Shown here piece after piece: positions 18,601 through 25,965 of a stretch of 31,033 nt of DNA. The stretch is taken from positions 1-31,033 of the IMG/VR virus record IMGVR_UViG_3300031215_000047; one strand, 5' to 3'. The notes below the pieces were generated by a model. The model was not told the DNA's origin, did no database searches, and saw only the letters and a list, made by a program, of their open reading frames with translations. Within the stretch, counting starts at the first letter, position 1. The number at the start of each line of letters is the position of its first letter. Source of the DNA: a virus. Its lineage: Duplodnaviria; Caudoviricetes. The position numbers and the translations under genes are program-made.

Positions 18601-19428
18601 AAGGGCACCTTGGAATATAGCACCTGAGATACCTCCGATAGTGCCTTCTTCCGCGACGGCGGCATCGAACAATACACGCTCCGCGTTATACCCCTGTTCA
18701 ATAAGGTTCTGTCCTACAGCAGCGACGACTTCTTGTGCGCCCTCTGCTAGTGCTGTTTGCCCCATACGCCCGGGAGCTGTTTCTGCCAACCTTTGGAGTC
18801 GGGTCTGCGCTTGTTCGATAACTTCATCGGGCACTTTACCGCGGATACGGTTAATAGACTTAAATATTTTAGCTAGTGGCGCGGCTTCTAACGCACCTAA
18901 AGGCAGTGCTTTAATAATAGAAGTGTTTCGTTCTTCTTCCGTTGAGCCAAAGTCACGGGCGCGTTCACTCGCTTCCCCCGCTGCGGCGGCGATACCTAGC
19001 CCTGCGGCTACCGGCAATGCGGCTTTTCCTGCGAACGCGGCGGGTATAAAAGCACCTATAGAGCCTAAGCCCCCACCAATCTTCTGCGACCAGCTATCAG
19101 GGTCACCACGTTGTTCCACCCCAAAGAAATCTTGGATACCTTCACGGTTACGCAGTTCTTGTTCTTCGTCGAACAAAGCATTAGCACCTAGAGCGCCTGT
19201 CTCTAAAGTGCCCATAAAACCTTGCTTTAGTCCTTGCCCTAGATTACCTATCATCCCGACTTCTTCGGTATTTGCTAAGGTGGAGTTTATAATACTCAAG
19301 GCATCGCTACCCATCATACCGCTCTCTATTAAGCTTACCTCTGCAACTCTAGCTATAGACTCTACCGCCTCGGTGTTCCCTGCTGATTTAGCTCGTTTTA
19401 GGGCTTCTAGATATTGTTCTGGGCTCAT
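12700..19428 (-). CDS. Giant internal virion/DNA-ejection protein with zincin-like metallopeptidase motif (polyvalent-type)
   Basis: 2242 aa; last gene of the late operon; Gly/Ala hydrophobic N-terminus; AGYFDP...VYL...ILHEVLHAVT...LDEFVAEAFSNPDFQ. Confidence 0.8.
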   Translation of the reverse strand: MSPEQYLEALKRAKSAGNTEAVESIARVAEVSLIESGMMGSDALSIINSTLANTEEVGMIGNLGQGLKQGFMGTLETGALGANALFDEEQELRNREGIQDFFGVEQRGDPDSWSQKIGGGLGSIGAFIPAAFAGKAALPVAAGLGIAAAAGEASERARDFGSTEEERNTSIIKALPLGALEAAPLAKIFKSINRIRGKVPDEVIEQAQTRLQRLAETAPGRMGQTALAEGAQEVVAAVGQNLIEQGYNAERVLFDAAVAEEGTIGGISGAIFQGALDLLGGRRSANTPKRTETPQNEGTSPTSPSPTAPAQTQQQTPLTPEQKQEIGSQIPDEWDEDSVGAMMAKAEEGDDTPDVGEEADLDPRLSRLERLRAQQPQIPKTGIAGLAQAEQRIENRRNEPTAPQQAPQRISPEQQLELDRQTQLRNESLVPGEQQDMFAAERGQNLAQNLQRKEQERQRQEQMAQPTEQEQVDELFAEDARTRQLDVVEEAEFAGLLEQEQNDAAEQKQRAQQEQQAAQEFEATVPVTNELLETSQRNKSQQRRDKIIEDTLASIPEETNVNRLRRAVVDSMKAGGLQDTTLTEPEFEKLKRASGIVEALQKEDADAQAEQQAIQAADIEAPETPSKAPSGQGQVTGQRAANARARKMIDSVVEPKPWADMTLVEKTGFEDRVAEAVVTAMPDATTSQKQKAYLDRVVQAGKSQRRVSKRVRNIFAGKVVPAKPAPVAKKAEPAPVAKKEAPKPAPVAKKEAPKPAPVAKKEAPKPAPVAKKSEPVKTTKPAAKAPTPKKTESQTKKERNASRGVSVNRTGKKNEPAAEAPVRTESDVKAAANKVTTQDSTASAKEKASFDKYMDASDGDVDMAARSIAFDLMSESPERQPRKGAPRTAKDKGKRFFEVDDNEQKNTTDKKLAGTGFTRAQEAYAAVKKTPSMSALQKAVEKYLADPRLKKDAELSKRNVPVTNDTIIVEIAGLENKKEQIEAKYDNAMDKASSMKGEAKRDYLAKTVKPLEDQIKALGVSIKNLRKDMRSKNLPVDALLESAKAVPFGVRASLYNARLGEALTRLKQTIVDPKLTRIVTALINNVGDTKVVVMRNLTSSDGTDVAGYFDPTNNTVYLDAVDGMNAHTILHEVLHAVTSQTLANKSNPTTKQLEKLFAESKDQLGSAYGAKNLDEFVAEAFSNPDFQKMLSRIRPDGTAMSAWGRFLNTVANFMRTKLGIDVKGPQSVMTEMDNLIMSAIHPAPTTRPAGELLMESTPDGVASTVGRNMDNQTKTFNTVAERKKWVNKASDLVTSVPEAVSNVFNRVLQMQGVADMAQWAGLGDIGHRMLKAFNRYRGAQELMEKKVNGILGPLLKKYNALSETQRTYLNTFIYDEDFGATISQVDVDKKDISDYKTDEQRESYKMLKEVFDKMEPSTKNIYREMREFYDNQRKDVEKSLNRRIEETMEKAGAAGNKASRDRLNKKLIERGRLEVYFPLVREGDFVVAYEIRDFGGLPTNVVRQFDSRAEAKQFIEVLKKDSAYVPDTVRERRRSNESNKISDVPPTAFMYDLLNELKDSGVPDTVIADVIDVYTNTLPESSILNSFRSRDNTVGYSKDVGYALAKKGYQNGTQTVRLDAVKELTDLKTELAETVETEIVNNKVEPAKAKYQMQVKQELDKRVNFVINGADNKGMEAVFKNINQTAFVFTIGFNMASALVNLSQVPMVAFPMLGGKYSYPEASKAIREASSIVFGARGVAREDTATGKALARGSIAHGIEEYFDITFEASGETKIKLRKDLKLPKSRMDQLKGIEQMVLEAKKQGQLTSSFLNEALGITEGGKEVETGFINTFVALSAGMFSQAERFGRQATLIASYNLEYNKLYKEYRADMSDADAINRARTEAAQFAIEYTQRINGGATLEAASGLSQQGIGRVALMYKNYGIHMYTMMFQTARNAVKELYKNDPTKRKEALRQIVGIHGTALFFSGVYGLPIYGSVALIYDAMFGDEDEDDFDTIVQSHISQGWFRGGVNAALESFGVDIDAGVRMRLTDLILQGNKFNPNPTNEETIAGVFGGVGLSIYNRIDRGVDDLQEGNYRRGFEQLAPAALSNILKPFRYSGEGGIRTRRYDLVHDDLSAGEIASQVIGFAPEEYLRKQEETRRFKRVEEAINKKATSLTKKYYVAIRIGDLKTARETAKEMVEFNRRNPQFAITPDRIKTSMKGHIRTSNEMYNGVSLSKNMREYLKQFNEDTLGTVMFEDR
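17113..17259 (-). repeat. In-frame tandem repeat: 3 x 33 bp plus two partial units (PAPVAKKEAPK)
   Basis: Core TTTCTTAGCAACCGGTGCAGG at 17113, 17146, 17179, 17212 and 17239. Confidence 0.92.
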
Positions 19429-19433
19429 GTAAT

Positions 19434-21281
19434 CTACTCCATACCTAACATACTTCTAGCGGCTGCATCACCTTGACTACGTTCTTCCGCAGAAAGCTGA
19501 GGTGCGGTCTGCCCAGACTTGTCTACGGTCGCCCCAAACGAAGTACCCATCATTTCCACTAACTGAGCTACTAGTTGACCTGCCGGACTGTTGTCAAACT
19601 CTTCTTGTAGAGCTTGTATTTCTCGCAGCATCGATGTTCTCTCTTCTGGGCTAGCTTCGCTATACTCTGCTTGCCACATGGGGTCTGCCATTTTAGAGTT
19701 ACGCAAAGAACCATACCCAGCCTGCACTTTAAGTAGCAACTCTGTTACTTCGGTAATAGAATCCCTATCCATCATTGCTCGTTGGAAAGACTCCTTACTA
19801 ATAATACCCATACGCTGCATTTCGGCCCTTATCTGCTCTGCCAGTGCTTGCCCTTGTACCTGCAACCTGTCGCGTTGGGCGTTCTGGTCCATCTGATTCT
19901 GGATAGTATCCGCTTGCTGTTCAGAGTTTACGCTAGTACTAAGCATCTTAGCCCGCTCACTTTGCTCTGTAGTAAGCGTTTTATACATCTCTTGACCCAA
20001 ATTCATAACCTTGTTTTCTAGGTCTGCCATACCACTAAACTTGGTATTCGTTGCGTCGAACAACTCTTTAGCAGCACGGTTAGCGCTCTCTTGCTGCTGA
20101 GACATTTTAGCCAAGCTAGTCTGAGCGCTTTTTGCAAACGCAGCACCGGGACTAGAAGAACCTGCCATAGACGAGAGCCCCGCTATTATGCGGTCAAACG
20201 CCTGCTTGCTAGGGTCGTTCTGAGCATCGTAGTTATCCTGCATACGTTCTAAATTCTTCTGCATAGCGTCACGGTACTCGTCTACGTATAGACGCTTACG
20301 CGCATCTTTTTCCACTGCTTCCACTTCGGTCTGTATATCTGCACCTGAGCGTCTCTGGGCTAGGTCGTCGCCCATAGCGGTTTTCACTTCCTCGGTTAGG
20401 TCACCACGACTGGTGCGTTGTGGAGCTTTATACTGACCGCCTAACCCTTTAAGCTCATCTACTAATTCGTTAACACGCGTCATGTCTACGTTAGGTACAC
20501 TAGCAGTAGTCGTAGAACTCTTATTAATAAGTGGGTCTATCGTCGGCGAAGTAGGTTTTTTATCGGCGTCTGTTTTCGGTTGTCCTTCGGCACTCAACGG
20601 AGTTTTTTGCTCTGCAGTGGGCGCTAGGGGAGGTCTAGGTTGCCCACTTTCTTCTCCCCATCTCTGTAAGTAAGCGTCGACTTCAGGTCCGAATTTACTT
20701 TCAAAATACTCGTCCCCTACCATAAATTTGCCAACGCCTTCCGCGGCTTTAGCGACACCTCTGCGTTGCATTCTATTAAGTTCTGCCAGCGCACTTGGAA
20801 CACTTGCGTATATCCCCAATACCCCACCTAACTCAGCGCGTTTTTCTTCTTCGGTTTTACCGTCCGCTTGTCCGCCCTCACGGAATTTCTGCACCATACC
20901 CCCACTGCGGTAGGCCATAGCCCCTATACCATTTTGTTGTGGCTGGCTAGCGCTTTGGGCCATCTGTTGGACAGCCTGTTGCTCTCTAGCCAGCTTCTTC
21001 TGGAGCTCCGTGCCTACTTGTTGGGCAACTTCTTCTTGTTTACGCCCGAACACTTCGGATTCTAACTGGGCACCTATACTAGATATCCCACCTTGCCCAG
21101 CATTTTGCTTTGCGACTTGTTGTTGCATGTCCATAGCAATAGCATCTTGTTCGCGTTTCATTTTACTGAGCGCGAGTAGTTTTGCTAGGTTCATATCTAA
21201 CCCATAAGACTTTTTGAGGTCGTCTTCTTTACCTTTGTACTGATTAGCGTACTGCGACGCCATGTTGTCGATGCCAGCCAT
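19434..21281 (-). CDS. Putative internal virion/ejection protein (helical, Q/A-rich)
   Basis: 615 aa; GGAG SD; position next to the giant protein; no Cys, helical composition. Confidence 0.65.
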   Translation of the reverse strand: MAGIDNMASQYANQYKGKEDDLKKSYGLDMNLAKLLALSKMKREQDAIAMDMQQQVAKQNAGQGGISSIGAQLESEVFGRKQEEVAQQVGTELQKKLAREQQAVQQMAQSASQPQQNGIGAMAYRSGGMVQKFREGGQADGKTEEEKRAELGGVLGIYASVPSALAELNRMQRRGVAKAAEGVGKFMVGDEYFESKFGPEVDAYLQRWGEESGQPRPPLAPTAEQKTPLSAEGQPKTDADKKPTSPTIDPLINKSSTTTASVPNVDMTRVNELVDELKGLGGQYKAPQRTSRGDLTEEVKTAMGDDLAQRRSGADIQTEVEAVEKDARKRLYVDEYRDAMQKNLERMQDNYDAQNDPSKQAFDRIIAGLSSMAGSSSPGAAFAKSAQTSLAKMSQQQESANRAAKELFDATNTKFSGMADLENKVMNLGQEMYKTLTTEQSERAKMLSTSVNSEQQADTIQNQMDQNAQRDRLQVQGQALAEQIRAEMQRMGIISKESFQRAMMDRDSITEVTELLLKVQAGYGSLRNSKMADPMWQAEYSEASPEERTSMLREIQALQEEFDNSPAGQLVAQLVEMMGTSFGATVDKSGQTAPQLSAEERSQGDAAARSMLGME

Positions 21282-22123
21282 TAGCTACCCCCTCCAAGAA
21301 TCCCGAAGTCCCTAAGGAGCCCAGCGATACCTCCGGTAGAGGACATAATCTGCCCAAAATCACTAGGCGGCGTATATGCATAACTCTGCGCTTGAATTGG
21401 CAAACCCTGTAAAAGGGACTGCATAAACTGTGTTTGTTTGTACGGGTACATCATCTCTTGTTCAAACTGCATACGGTCAGCATCTACACCTTGCTGTTCT
21501 ATATTGCGTTGTAAATCACCCGCGTTTAACTGAGTGTTTAATCCGGCTAACCCGTACTGCTGGTTCTGCCCAGCGGCGTTTAGCCCCAACTGTTGTTCAG
21601 TATTAAACTGGTCAGCACCTTGATTGTACGCGTTCAAATACCCCGTATTTAATGTTTGGGCCATTTGGTCTTGTAGGTTACGGTCCATCTCAGCATTCAT
21701 AACCGCTTGTCTTGAACCACCAAACGCACCTGCCTGTGATAGCTGGCTGTTTTGTTGAGTGCGACTTATGTCTGATTGTCGTCTTAACTCGTCAAGTTGT
21801 GGCTGTAGAGCGCTCTGCAGGTAGGGGTTCATAAACTGTTGTGACGTTCCCGCGTCTGTGAACGAACCCGGTGAGAAGTTAGTCTGTGAAGAGTCAGGCA
21901 TAGATAGCCCGGCCAAACCCTGAAACGCTTGGTTTTGTAACCCACTCTGCCCAGCCGTTAGCGGCCCTTGGTATGCTTGGTACGGGCTATTAGCTAGTGC
22001 TTGCCCTCTCCCTAGCATGTCAGTTACATACGGCCCCGCCCAATTAGATAACGAGGATTCTTGCCCGGTAGCTGTACCAGCTAATGGGTCTAAAGCATTT
22101 GCCGCACCTGTATTTGTAGCCAT
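21281..22123 (-). CDS. Putative virion/ejection (pilot-like) protein
   Basis: Q/G/N-rich; PYQAYQG, FMNPYLQ and GAFGGSRQ motifs recalled from podovirus late operons; GAGG SD. Confidence 0.7.
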   Translation of the reverse strand: MATNTGAANALDPLAGTATGQESSLSNWAGPYVTDMLGRGQALANSPYQAYQGPLTAGQSGLQNQAFQGLAGLSMPDSSQTNFSPGSFTDAGTSQQFMNPYLQSALQPQLDELRRQSDISRTQQNSQLSQAGAFGGSRQAVMNAEMDRNLQDQMAQTLNTGYLNAYNQGADQFNTEQQLGLNAAGQNQQYGLAGLNTQLNAGDLQRNIEQQGVDADRMQFEQEMMYPYKQTQFMQSLLQGLPIQAQSYAYTPPSDFGQIMSSTGGIAGLLRDFGILGGGS

Positions 22124-22134
22124 AGTTTACCTCG

Positions 22135-22887
22135 TTACCCTAACATCTTTCTGGGGTCAATTTGTTTGCCTTGGTCCGGATTTCCCGTACGCTCTTTCCG
22201 TATTTTAGCAAGTACTTGCTCTAAGTACTTTGCGCCAGCTTCTGAGTTACCATTACCTAAGTGACTTACTACATCAGCAGGTATAACAAACTCTCCATCG
22301 CTAAGTCTAGCAGGTTCGGCATCGTCTATGGTAGCAGGAACTTTGTCAGCCATTCCGTCAGTGCTACCACGTAGATATTTTTGCTCCCCCGCAAGTGAGG
22401 CTAAGCCGCCTTCTGCAAATATTTGTTCTTGTACAGGTGCAGGGTCGCCGGGCTGTGTAGCTGCGCCGGGTCCCGGTTGAGTTTGTTGTGATGCTAACCC
22501 TGCTGCGCCGGATTGTAACGTTCCGTCTTGCGTGAATGCGCCGTCAGTAAAGTATCGACGCCCCGCAGAACCCGGTCTTCTATCTCCGCTAGGTTGCGGT
22601 AATTGTTCGCGGTTATAAGTGTAATTAGGTATCCCGCCTTGGTAACCCACGGGGCGCTGTTCTACATCATTACCGCCTAAAAACTGAGTTAACCCTGCGA
22701 GCCCTAAACCTGTAGCTAACGAGCCAGTGCCGCCATCGGTAACAGTATCAAAAACATCCCCTGCAGTGCCCGCTATCCAGTCCCATATACTGGAACCGCC
22801 AGAAGTACTAGCGCTCGATGGGGGAGCAACAGGGCTACCTATTAAATTCTGTAATTCTGCAACCTGTTCTGGGGTTAAATATGCCAT
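22135..22887 (-). CDS. Virion protein with tape-measure C-terminal-like domain
   Basis: FAEGG...GSTDGMADKVPA...ARLSDGEFVIPADVV. Confidence 0.7.
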   Translation of the reverse strand: MAYLTPEQVAELQNLIGSPVAPPSSASTSGGSSIWDWIAGTAGDVFDTVTDGGTGSLATGLGLAGLTQFLGGNDVEQRPVGYQGGIPNYTYNREQLPQPSGDRRPGSAGRRYFTDGAFTQDGTLQSGAAGLASQQTQPGPGAATQPGDPAPVQEQIFAEGGLASLAGEQKYLRGSTDGMADKVPATIDDAEPARLSDGEFVIPADVVSHLGNGNSEAGAKYLEQVLAKIRKERTGNPDQGKQIDPRKMLG

Positions 22888-22893
22888 AACTAA

Positions 22894-25308
22894 TTACCCT
22901 CTAAGTAATCTTATTAAATCTTCTACATTATTATGACTAACTATACCACCTTGGTTATAATTTAGTCGCTTTAATTTTTCATCTTCTAGCGCCCCCGATA
23001 ACGTTAGAGCATCTAAGTCAAACAGTTCCCCTAGCTCTACTAGTGCCGTTTCCTCAGGGGTGTACATGCCGGGGTTTGCAATGCCAGTAGACGTTGGTCC
23101 ACCTAATAACCCTAGCAACCTCGAGAGGTCAACATCTGGCAGGTCAACATCTGGCAGGTCAACATCTGGCAGGTCAACATCTAGCGAGCCAACATCTGGT
23201 AAGTCTGGTAAATCTGGTAAGTCTGGTAAGTTTACGTCAGGTAAGTCAACATCTGGTATAGCCTCACGGATGTCTCTTCCTATCTCGCGTACTGTATCCG
23301 CTGTAGCGTCAATAGCCGGCTGTATAAACTCACGATTTACCGTGCTAGCACCTTCTTCTGCGGCGTCTAACACAGGGCGGATAACTTCGCGGTTTACATC
23401 ACTAGCTAGCTCTTCAGTAGTATCTAACACAGGGCGGATAACTTCACGGTTTACATCACTAGCTAGCTCTTCAGTAGTATCTAACACAGGGCGGATAACT
23501 TCGCGGTTTACTGTGCTAGCCCCTTCCTCTACTGTGTCTAGAATGGGTTGGGTAACATTATCATCAAACTCTCGCCCAGCTTCACGTAACCCATCTTCGA
23601 TAAACCCTAAGTCAGGGTCTGGTAGGTCAGGCACCATACCTTCTAAAAACTCTTTAACCGGTTGCAATACAGAGTCGTCAAAATCCCTACCTAACTCACG
23701 TAACCCATCCTCTATCCACCCTAGGTCTGCACCGTCGCCTACATCTAAGTCAGGCAGGTTAGGTATTAATTCCCCAAGAAATTCTTTTATATCTTCTGCA
23801 TCGCCGCCTTGGTCTACGTACTCTTTAACCCCGTTAAACAAAGCATCTGAGGCAACGCCGTTTTCACCGTATTCGGCAACGGCTTCCACTACCCCTAACC
23901 CAAAAGCTTGCCCGTTCTGAGTGCCAGAAAATAGTTGGTCTGCTACGGTAGCACCATACCTTTCAGCTAAAGAATCCCCAAGATTGCGTCCCGCGGCTTG
24001 GTCTAATAAGGTAGCAGTGAACGCTCCATCTGCAGTTAGAGCATTGGCAACGTCGCTGTTGAATATCTCCGTGAGCCCCTGATTTAAAGTGTCGTCGATG
24101 TCGATGAACTCCGCAATATCATCGCCGAACAGACTTATTGCCGCCTGTATGGGGTCACCACCTTGGTCTACAATGTTTGCGAACTGGGCGACATTATCCA
24201 CGTTACTTGCTATGTTTACTGCGCTCTGCAAGGAGCTTATCTGATTCGTTAATTCGGCCACCTGTGCAGTGTTCCCCGCAGTCTGTGCGGCATCTAACGC
24301 AGTCTGTGCGCTGCTTAACTCACTAGCCAACCCACTAGCGTATCCCGACAAACCACTCAGCGTTGCTGCACGGAGTATATCCCCCACACCGCCACCTTGA
24401 AGTCCCGTGACTGTGCCACTTACAACGGCATTGGATACGCCCGTTGCACCCGCTGTCCCAAACCCTGTTATAGTGCCCGCCAGTGGAGTAAGCGCTGCGG
24501 CGAGAGGTAGCATAACCGCCGCCATCCCGATGATTTGACCGGGTTTAGGTTTTAGGCTTACTTTAGAATATTTTAACGTCTCAGGGTCTAACGCCCACAC
24601 TTCCGTGTCGCTTATAGGAATCCTCTGCGGTATGTTATACCGCTGTATTACGTCGCTCCCTAGTTCGTAACTTTCGTTTGCCCAGAAATCGTCATACCCT
24701 TGCTCTTGGTTTGCCGCCGCCGCTTGTATGTCTTGCAGTTCTTGTCTAGCCGCGATGTCGTCGCCATGGTATCTTCTTATTTCATCGTTAAGTTCAGGAG
24801 CTACGTCTGCACTTATGTTACTAGCGTTAGCAAATAAGTTGCCCAAGTCGGATGTATCTATCTGTGGGGCGTTGGTAGTACTAATCCTATCCTTCAGAAG
24901 GTCTATCTCTGAAATTTCCTGTACAGGCGGTTGCGTCGGTGGTGTAGTTACAATAGGCTGAGTACGGGAACCATCATCTGGACGTTTCTCGGTGGGTGCA
25001 GTAGGCATGGGGTCTACTATGTTACCTGATGCGGGAGGTGTTGGGCTCTGTACCGGCGGCGACGTCACAATAGGTTGCGTACGGGACCCATCATCCGGAC
25101 GTTTCTCGACAGGTGCAGGTATAAGCGCAGGTGTTTGTTGGGCAGCCGCAATACCCTCTGGCATCGGCGCAATGGCATTTAAAGGGTTAAGTGTTTGTTG
25201 GGCAGCCGCAATACCCTCTGGCATCGGCGCTATGGCACTTGAAGGATTAGGTGGCATATAACTGCCCTCTATACCGAATAAATCCTGTAGTTCTAAATCA
25301 GTAAACAT
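22894..25308 (-). CDS. Acidic, repeat-rich putative virion/ejection protein
   Basis: 804 aa; Pro-rich N-terminus, central hydrophobic Gly/Ala segment, 19-aa and DVDLP repeats. Confidence 0.7.
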   Translation of the reverse strand: MFTDLELQDLFGIEGSYMPPNPSSAIAPMPEGIAAAQQTLNPLNAIAPMPEGIAAAQQTPALIPAPVEKRPDDGSRTQPIVTSPPVQSPTPPASGNIVDPMPTAPTEKRPDDGSRTQPIVTTPPTQPPVQEISEIDLLKDRISTTNAPQIDTSDLGNLFANASNISADVAPELNDEIRRYHGDDIAARQELQDIQAAAANQEQGYDDFWANESYELGSDVIQRYNIPQRIPISDTEVWALDPETLKYSKVSLKPKPGQIIGMAAVMLPLAAALTPLAGTITGFGTAGATGVSNAVVSGTVTGLQGGGVGDILRAATLSGLSGYASGLASELSSAQTALDAAQTAGNTAQVAELTNQISSLQSAVNIASNVDNVAQFANIVDQGGDPIQAAISLFGDDIAEFIDIDDTLNQGLTEIFNSDVANALTADGAFTATLLDQAAGRNLGDSLAERYGATVADQLFSGTQNGQAFGLGVVEAVAEYGENGVASDALFNGVKEYVDQGGDAEDIKEFLGELIPNLPDLDVGDGADLGWIEDGLRELGRDFDDSVLQPVKEFLEGMVPDLPDPDLGFIEDGLREAGREFDDNVTQPILDTVEEGASTVNREVIRPVLDTTEELASDVNREVIRPVLDTTEELASDVNREVIRPVLDAAEEGASTVNREFIQPAIDATADTVREIGRDIREAIPDVDLPDVNLPDLPDLPDLPDVGSLDVDLPDVDLPDVDLPDVDLSRLLGLLGGPTSTGIANPGMYTPEETALVELGELFDLDALTLSGALEDEKLKRLNYNQGGIVSHNNVEDLIRLLRG
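23126..23182 (-). repeat. About 4 x 15-bp in-frame repeat (DVDLP)
   Basis: AGGTCAACATCTGGC units read directly. Confidence 0.85.
23330..23520 (-). repeat. About 3 x 57-bp in-frame repeat (VNREVIRPVLDTTEELASD)
   Basis: TCTAACACAGGGCGGATAACTTC at 23366, 23423 and 23480. Confidence 0.88.
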
Positions 25309-25965
25309 CTACACCCCCAACTGAGCATTGCTAACGTGCACTACGTCAAGCGTAGCGGATGGTATCGCGGGGTAGGGTGCAGAAGCCGCACTGCTCTCTA
25401 GGCGTAGCCCCGTGTCGGTCACCGCCCAAACTAGGTTAACTACATCCGACGCTTGGAGCTCTATATTAGTAATAAAAAGCAGTTGTTCATACCCGTTTTT
25501 AACTATCGTTTTCGTTTGCGCGGAAAACGGCACATCGATGCCATTCTTGCGGAGCCATACCGTAATACGTTTGGTTGCTACAGTAGTACTAAACAACTGC
25601 GCGGATACATTTATAGTATATACCCCGGCATAGTCAACCAAAATATTAATACCATTAACCCCAGCAACTGCTATACCAGACTGAGTATTGTTGGGCGATA
25701 GGGTATTAAATTGCATTATCTGGGCGGTATTAGTAGCTCCTGCGGTCTGCGTTGCAGTGCCGTATGCAGAGGCATGTGGCTTGAAAAGTGAAGCCCCTCC
25801 GTCTCGCACCGCTAACAACGAATTTAGTGCGTTGTTTAAACCGTTAAAATATAACCTCAAGATATTGAGGAAGCGGTCTTGGCTAGTCATACTATATTCA
25901 AAATCGGGTTTAGGTAGCGCAGGTGGCACCACTTGCGCTACTGGTTTTCCAGTTCGTATAGCCAT
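25309..25965 (-). CDS. Putative tail protein with C1q/TNF-like beta-sandwich C-terminus
   Basis: LRLYFNGL N-terminal helix; AGVYTINVSAQL...VWLRKNG...LQASDVVNL pattern. Confidence 0.6.
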   Translation of the reverse strand: MAIRTGKPVAQVVPPALPKPDFEYSMTSQDRFLNILRLYFNGLNNALNSLLAVRDGGASLFKPHASAYGTATQTAGATNTAQIMQFNTLSPNNTQSGIAVAGVNGINILVDYAGVYTINVSAQLFSTTVATKRITVWLRKNGIDVPFSAQTKTIVKNGYEQLLFITNIELQASDVVNLVWAVTDTGLRLESSAASAPYPAIPSATLDVVHVSNAQLGV

